Positions 31,097 through 34,983 of a DNA stretch of 34,983 nucleotides are shown piece by piece. The stretch is from IMG/VR virus record IMGVR_UViG_3300029794_000022; one strand, given 5' to 3'. Made by a program: the position numbers and the translations under genes. Below the pieces are notes generated by a model that saw only the letters and a program-made list of their open reading frames with translations, did not search any database and was not told the DNA's origin. Within the stretch, counting starts at the first letter, position 1. Every line of letters starts with the position of its first letter. This DNA is from a virus.

Positions 31097-31693
31097 TCAG
31101 CTATGAGAGCCTGTAGTGGTCACTGACGTTCCACCGGCCTTAGCTGCCAGCTTACCCTTCACCCACGTGACAGCCGCAGTCTTCGTGTCGAATACCTGCG
31201 CAGCCGACCACTGGCCATTAGCCAACGTCGCGGCAGTACCCTCGATCTCAGGCGTGGAAAAGTCCACCGATTCGCCCTTGGTATTGTCCTCCTGAGACGG
31301 CTCCGCAAACCTCACCTTGTAAAGGAATTCGCCCTTATACACGTACTTGCCATTGACCATCTTGGTCACGACACGGCCAAGACCGACCCAAGGCGCGGCA
31401 TCCTCAGCGGAACGCACCATCTCACCGCCACTCTCAGCCACCTTATGACCAAGAATCTCCGCGAAGATAGTCATATCATCATCGGCAACACCCAATGTAA
31501 CCTTCGCACTCTGGAAACTCTTATCGGATTCCACGAGGGCATCATCGGCGTAAAGCGTCGCGTCATTAGTGGACACGTCCACCTTAGCCGAGACGGCCTT
31601 GCCGAAAGACTTCGCACCAGCATAAGAGGGTGTACCGTCCTCGGCTTCCGTCAGCAGACCATACCAGAGATTCGTAAGTCCAATCTGTGCCAT
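31097..31693 (-). CDS. Major tail protein (phi13-like family)
   Basis: GAAAGGAG RBS before the ATG at 31693. MAQIGLTNLWYGLL...LYADDALVES... pattern and position. Confidence 0.7.
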   Translation of the reverse strand: MAQIGLTNLWYGLLTEAEDGTPSYAGAKSFGKAVSAKVDVSTNDATLYADDALVESDKSFQSAKVTLGVADDDMTIFAEILGHKVAESGGEMVRSAEDAAPWVGLGRVVTKMVNGKYVYKGEFLYKVRFAEPSQEDNTKGESVDFSTPEIEGTAATLANGQWSAAQVFDTKTAAVTWVKGKLAAKAGGTSVTTTGSHS

Positions 31694-31694
31694 T

Positions 31695-32051
31695 TCAATA
31701 GCTCCTTTCCATAGCAAAACTTAGCGTCGTGTGATAGTAGCCCGTCTCCGTCTCGTACTGATCCGGGCTACTCCGTGACGGTTGCCACGTCCACCCCGCT
31801 TCTTCAAGTTTATCGCGTACCGCGTCGCATATCGCGATATAATCCGACCTAGTGTAAACATCAAAGTCATAATATGTGACCCACGCTTGGAGCCTATCGT
31901 CCGCACTGTATGAGCTGGAATCATCCTCGCGCATAAACGTCACATAAGGCTCACCATGCCCATCATAATAGGCGAAAGCCACCGGGATACTCTTACCGCC
32001 TACCGTGAAGTCCTTGAAAAGATCAAGAATAGTCTCATTCACACCACTCAC
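31695..32051 (-). CDS. Tail terminator / tail completion protein, assigned by position
   Basis: 118 aa between the gp10-like and major tail genes; GTGA start/stop overlap. Confidence 0.5.
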   Translation of the reverse strand: MSGVNETILDLFKDFTVGGKSIPVAFAYYDGHGEPYVTFMREDDSSSYSADDRLQAWVTYYDFDVYTRSDYIAICDAVRDKLEEAGWTWQPSRSSPDQYETETGYYHTTLSFAMERSY

Positions 32052-32467
32052 CCCTTCGGAATATACTTATCCTGCACCTTCTGCATAGCCGCTTCGATCT
32101 CCGCCTTCCTGAAGCTCTTGCGCATGAACGGATGCTTTTGCACAGGCGCTTTACTCCGTCCATACTCCATGACATTGCACACAAGCTCTGCGGGAACGAC
32201 CTCGCCAGCCTTATTGGTGAAATATCCATAGAAAGCGACCTTGCTGTTCACACCATCATCACTAGGTGTCCTATACACTCGCGTTATCCGCAGGCAATTC
32301 ATGATATCAGAGCCACGGAAGCTAGCAGGCACATTCGCCTTCACATTTGCGAGTACGACTTCCGCGCCAGCTTGCGTCATCTCGCCAAGCATCTTATGCG
32401 CATCAGCACCCAATCCATCGAACAGTTTCAGCAGTTCGGTGGGCATTTCCGCATCGAATCTAGCCAT
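32048..32467 (-). CDS. HK97 gp10-like tail-head joining protein
   Basis: 139 aa; pattern ...AGAEVVLANVKANVP...AFYGYF...; position. Confidence 0.55.
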   Translation of the reverse strand: MARFDAEMPTELLKLFDGLGADAHKMLGEMTQAGAEVVLANVKANVPASFRGSDIMNCLRITRVYRTPSDDGVNSKVAFYGYFTNKAGEVVPAELVCNVMEYGRSKAPVQKHPFMRKSFRKAEIEAAMQKVQDKYIPKG

Positions 32468-32799
32468 CAGTGCTTCACCAGCCTTGCTTGGATTTCAAGC
32501 ATGGTATTAGCTTCGTCCACGTTGTTCAAGTACTCAATCGTGTACGTCTTCCCAGCGTACTCAATAAGCATATCCCTGTCGATAATGACCTTGCCGGGAT
32601 ACCGAATCGTGAAGTTGGTCGTAGCCGCTTCAAAATCCGAGTTGTTGGCGATAAGCGTATAGCCCTTAGTGGTCTTAACGCTCGCGTAAGATTCCAAGAC
32701 AGTCACACGGCTGACAATCGGGAGCCCATCCTTGTCATAGGTTTTCACAGCCTTGACTATCCTGATCCGATGGTCAAAACGTCCAGCGTTCATCATCAT
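32467..32799 (-). CDS. Head closure / head-tail adaptor (SPP1 gp16-like)
   Basis: GRFDHRIRIVK...YASVKTTKG...FTIRY... is typical of the head-tail joining family. Confidence 0.6.
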   Translation of the reverse strand: MMMNAGRFDHRIRIVKAVKTYDKDGLPIVSRVTVLESYASVKTTKGYTLIANNSDFEAATTNFTIRYPGKVIIDRDMLIEYAGKTYTIEYLNNVDEANTMLEIQARLVKH

Positions 32800-33128
32800 T
32801 GATCACCGTCAGACGGGAGAAGATTAACACTGTGCATGTCAAGGATTGACTGCACGGTAAGATTCGGCTTATTCGTGTCCGCATAAATACTGCGGTTATC
32901 GTACATGTCTTGAGCCAAGCAGAGCGCGGCAATGACGAAGTCCGGAGACTTGTCCAAGTCAGCCGCGCCAAGCCCAGTGTACTTGCCCATATAAGCAGGA
33001 ACAGCCTTGATGATGGCGGCAAGCAGAGTCCTATCATCGTCGGACGGGTCAGCGATACGCAGATAATCCGCGAGCGCCTGCACCGTAATATCCGAGACTT
33101 TGCTAATGTCCATCGTTGCCACCACCAT
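32796..33128 (-). CDS. gp6-like head-tail connector protein
   Basis: ITVQALADYLRIADPSDDDRTLLAAIIKAVPAYMGKYTG pattern. Confidence 0.6.
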   Translation of the reverse strand: MVVATMDISKVSDITVQALADYLRIADPSDDDRTLLAAIIKAVPAYMGKYTGLGAADLDKSPDFVIAALCLAQDMYDNRSIYADTNKPNLTVQSILDMHSVNLLPSDGDQ

Positions 33129-33133
33129 TCAGA

Positions 33134-33262
33134 CTATTCTTGAGGTTCTGTTGCGGTTTTCTTAGTCCTGCCCTTCGGCTTGACTTCCTCCACGTACCCG
33201 GCACGCAACAGGTCGGCTACAAGGTCAGCGTCCTTAATCTCCCGCTTCTCACCCTCACACAT
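33134..33262 (-). CDS. Possible small protein (42 aa from the ATG; 55 aa if the GTG at 33301 is used)
   Basis: Fills the gap between the capsid and connector genes. EKREIKDADLVADLLRAGYVEE is Rho_N/SAP-like. No clear RBS. Confidence 0.3.
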   Translation of the reverse strand: MCEGEKREIKDADLVADLLRAGYVEEVKPKGRTKKTATEPQE

Positions 33263-33293
33263 GGAGATTGCGCCGCTGAAAGATTTCAGAGCT

Positions 33294-34454
33294 TTATGCA
33301 CTAGCCATCACCAGCTTCGCCAGCTTCTGAGCATCTTGCACCTTCGCATCGAACTCAAACCATGCGACCACGCCCGTGGCGTGTTCATCGGCGTACTTCT
33401 CACGCAGAATCTGCGTGGAAATATTCTCGGAGAACTTAGTCGCAAGGCCAGTCAGATCGCCATAGTAGATTGGCGCAGCCTTAGCACCAATCTCCGGCAT
33501 ATTGTCAGAGACATACACGGGCTTGCCGAGCAGAGTGCTACCGAACGGCGACGTGATATCATCCTGAAGCAGATAATGACCATCAGTGCCCTTCAGCAAG
33601 CGCAGAGCGGTACGGGTCTTATTGCTCATGATCCACACGGCGTTACCCTGATAAACATCCTTGATGGAATCCTTCAGGGTCACGATCTCGTCGGCAGTGA
33701 TGGCGTTAGCCGCCTTAGCGGTGGTCGTGTTGGTGATGCCGGAAAGGCCAGCGACCTTGCCAGACGTGCCAATGAGCAGCTCATGCTCAACGAAGCGAGC
33801 GATGTCCTCGCCCATCTGATTCACGACAAAGGACACGATATCAAACTGGCTGTTGTTAATCAGAGAGTTGCTAATCTTGGACAGCGCGCCAGCAAGGAAG
33901 CCATCAAGCTCGATGCTCTTGAAGGCACCATTGGAAGACGCGATCGGGGAAAATTCAGTCTGATAAGCAACCTTGATAGAGCTGGTAGACGTGTCATAGT
34001 AGGGGAGCTGGAGCTTGCCCTTCACATTGTACTTCTGCGACTTCTGAAGCACCGGCGCAACGTCATACACCTTCTTGACAATCTGGTTGGCAATAGAGGT
34101 GGGGATGACCGCGCCATTATCGGTGAGCGTCAGCTCACCGGCACGCTCCTGCATCACCTTATCGCCACGCAGGTACGCTTCGAACGCACGCAGTTCACGC
34201 GCCTCGGTATCCTGCGGCTTGTCAGTGTTATCGCCCATTGGCTTTGCCTCCTCTTTCGGCTGCTTATCAGCAGCACCCAGCTCGTCGTTAATCTTCAATG
34301 CGGCCTTGATCTTGCGCACGTCATCGCGGATCTCAGCCAGTTCTGCGGCTTCATCGTCGGTCAGCTCGCGCTTCTCAGTTTCCGCGCCTTTAAGGATCTC
34401 TTCGGCACGGGTAATGCGCTCATTTTTGCGCTCAATCATGTTTTTAAGCTGCAT
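33294..34454 (-). CDS. Major capsid protein, HK97 fold, with an N-terminal delta-like coiled coil
   Basis: AGGAGGA RBS before the ATG at 34454. N-terminal coiled coil, then ...LQLPYYDTS...GLSGITN...HATGVVAWFEFDAKV. Confidence 0.85.
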   Translation of the reverse strand: MQLKNMIERKNERITRAEEILKGAETEKRELTDDEAAELAEIRDDVRKIKAALKINDELGAADKQPKEEAKPMGDNTDKPQDTEARELRAFEAYLRGDKVMQERAGELTLTDNGAVIPTSIANQIVKKVYDVAPVLQKSQKYNVKGKLQLPYYDTSTSSIKVAYQTEFSPIASSNGAFKSIELDGFLAGALSKISNSLINNSQFDIVSFVVNQMGEDIARFVEHELLIGTSGKVAGLSGITNTTTAKAANAITADEIVTLKDSIKDVYQGNAVWIMSNKTRTALRLLKGTDGHYLLQDDITSPFGSTLLGKPVYVSDNMPEIGAKAAPIYYGDLTGLATKFSENISTQILREKYADEHATGVVAWFEFDAKVQDAQKLAKLVMASA

Positions 34455-34456
34455 GA

Positions 34457-34983
34457 TTAATCCTCCTTTAATTCGGCAATGAGCTTTTCCCATTTGCCGT
34501 AATCAATTGTACTATTTTTTTCTTCGGAATTATCGCGCGTATTCTGCGGTTCTTCCTCAGTCTTTTCAACCGGTTTATCTGCCAGTTTTTCTTCGGTGAC
34601 TTCCGGCTTATCATCGGTCATCGCTTCACCGGTATTAAGATGCACCGTGTCCCCGTCAGCATCTCGTGCTTGGATCAGCGTACCATCGTATGCCGGAACC
34701 TTCGAGCGGTCAAGGATTGACACCTCGTAGAGATCAAGGTCTTTCACATCGCGGGTCATCATGCCGTTCTCATCGTGCGTATCCACGTCCCTATCGGTAA
34801 AGCCGAAGCTCCACCCCACAAGGTCGCCGCGCTTGGCTTTCTCGATCACATCGGCATCGGTAATTGTCGCCTTCGCTCGCAACCCGATATTATCCTCATG
34901 CAGCTCTAGGTTGCCCTGCTTGGTCGAGCCAAGATCGCGATTAGTGTCGTGATTCAGCAAGACATGGATATCGTCGTTGCGTT
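34457..34983 (-). CDS. HK97-family prohead protease, C-terminal part; the 5' end is at 262 after circular wrap
   Basis: LLNHDTNRDLGSTKQGNLELHEDNIGLRAKA...GDLVGWSFGF is a protease core motif; acidic C-terminal tail. Confidence 0.85.
   Translation of the reverse strand, partial: RNDDIHVLLNHDTNRDLGSTKQGNLELHEDNIGLRAKATITDADVIEKAKRGDLVGWSFGFTDRDVDTHDENGMMTRDVKDLDLYEVSILDRSKVPAYDGTLIQARDADGDTVHLNTGEAMTDDKPEVTEEKLADKPVEKTEEEPQNTRDNSEEKNSTIDYGKWEKLIAELKED
34861..34983. repeat. Second copy of the 123-bp terminal repeat
   Basis: Identical to 1-123. Confidence 0.95.

Noticed and set aside
33180-34460. A 426-aa plus-strand ORF antisense to the major capsid gene. Similar long antisense ORFs occur at 28970-30397, 27752-28543, 24168-25088 and 5067-5786
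   Set aside because: These are shadow ORFs opposite confidently assigned genes. Their composition is low-complexity and rich in R, L, H and I. They have no RBS and resemble no family. They are a by-product of codon bias on the coding strand.
1-34983. A diversity-generating retroelement, retron or other RT-based system acting on the fibre genes
   Set aside because: No reverse-transcriptase-like ORF is present. I found no template/variable repeat pair near the C-termini of the fibre or RBP genes.

Overview
The window is one complete temperate siphovirus-type phage genome. Bases 1-123 are identical to 34861-34983, so the non-redundant circle is 34,860 bp, and the prohead protease gene runs across the junction. 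Almost all genes are on the minus strand and tightly packed with overlapping stops and starts.

Reading the minus strand from the lysogeny switch, the modules are:
- Divergent cI-like and Cro-like genes with a large serine integrase and a candidate attP.
- Early genes: Gp157, ERF, SSB, dUTPase, DUF1064, a replisome organizer with internal iterons, a DnaC-like loader and a DUF1492 sigma-region-4-like regulator.
- Three short transcription units of small unknown genes, each behind a near-identical promoter.
- A YqaJ exonuclease, three HNH nucleases and a holin cluster.
- HNH, a ParB-methyltransferase fusion, terS, a Dam-like methyltransferase and terL, then portal, protease, HK97-type capsid, connectors, major tail protein, frameshifted chaperone, tape measure and Dit.
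- Then, unusually: a BppU-like fibre, the endolysin, a plus-strand two-gene cassette, and only then Tal and a DUF859/collar receptor-binding protein.

Strong GGAGG-type ribosome-binding sites, a GH25/CW_7/LysM lysin, a phiLC3-type holin and a DivIVA-domain gene point to a Gram-positive host.

The observations most worth follow-up are:
- A 460-bp non-coding gap holding a plus-strand structured RNA candidate that ends in a strong terminator, opposite to all neighbouring genes.
- Two tandem promoter-to-terminator units with no ORF (candidate sRNAs).
- A five-member promoter family, three members of which share an extra conserved 9-mer at fixed spacing.
- Insulated cassettes of small genes and the plus-strand cassette beside the lysin.
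- Holin and Tal/RBP genes displaced from their usual positions.

All protein family calls come from motif recognition by eye. No database search was run.
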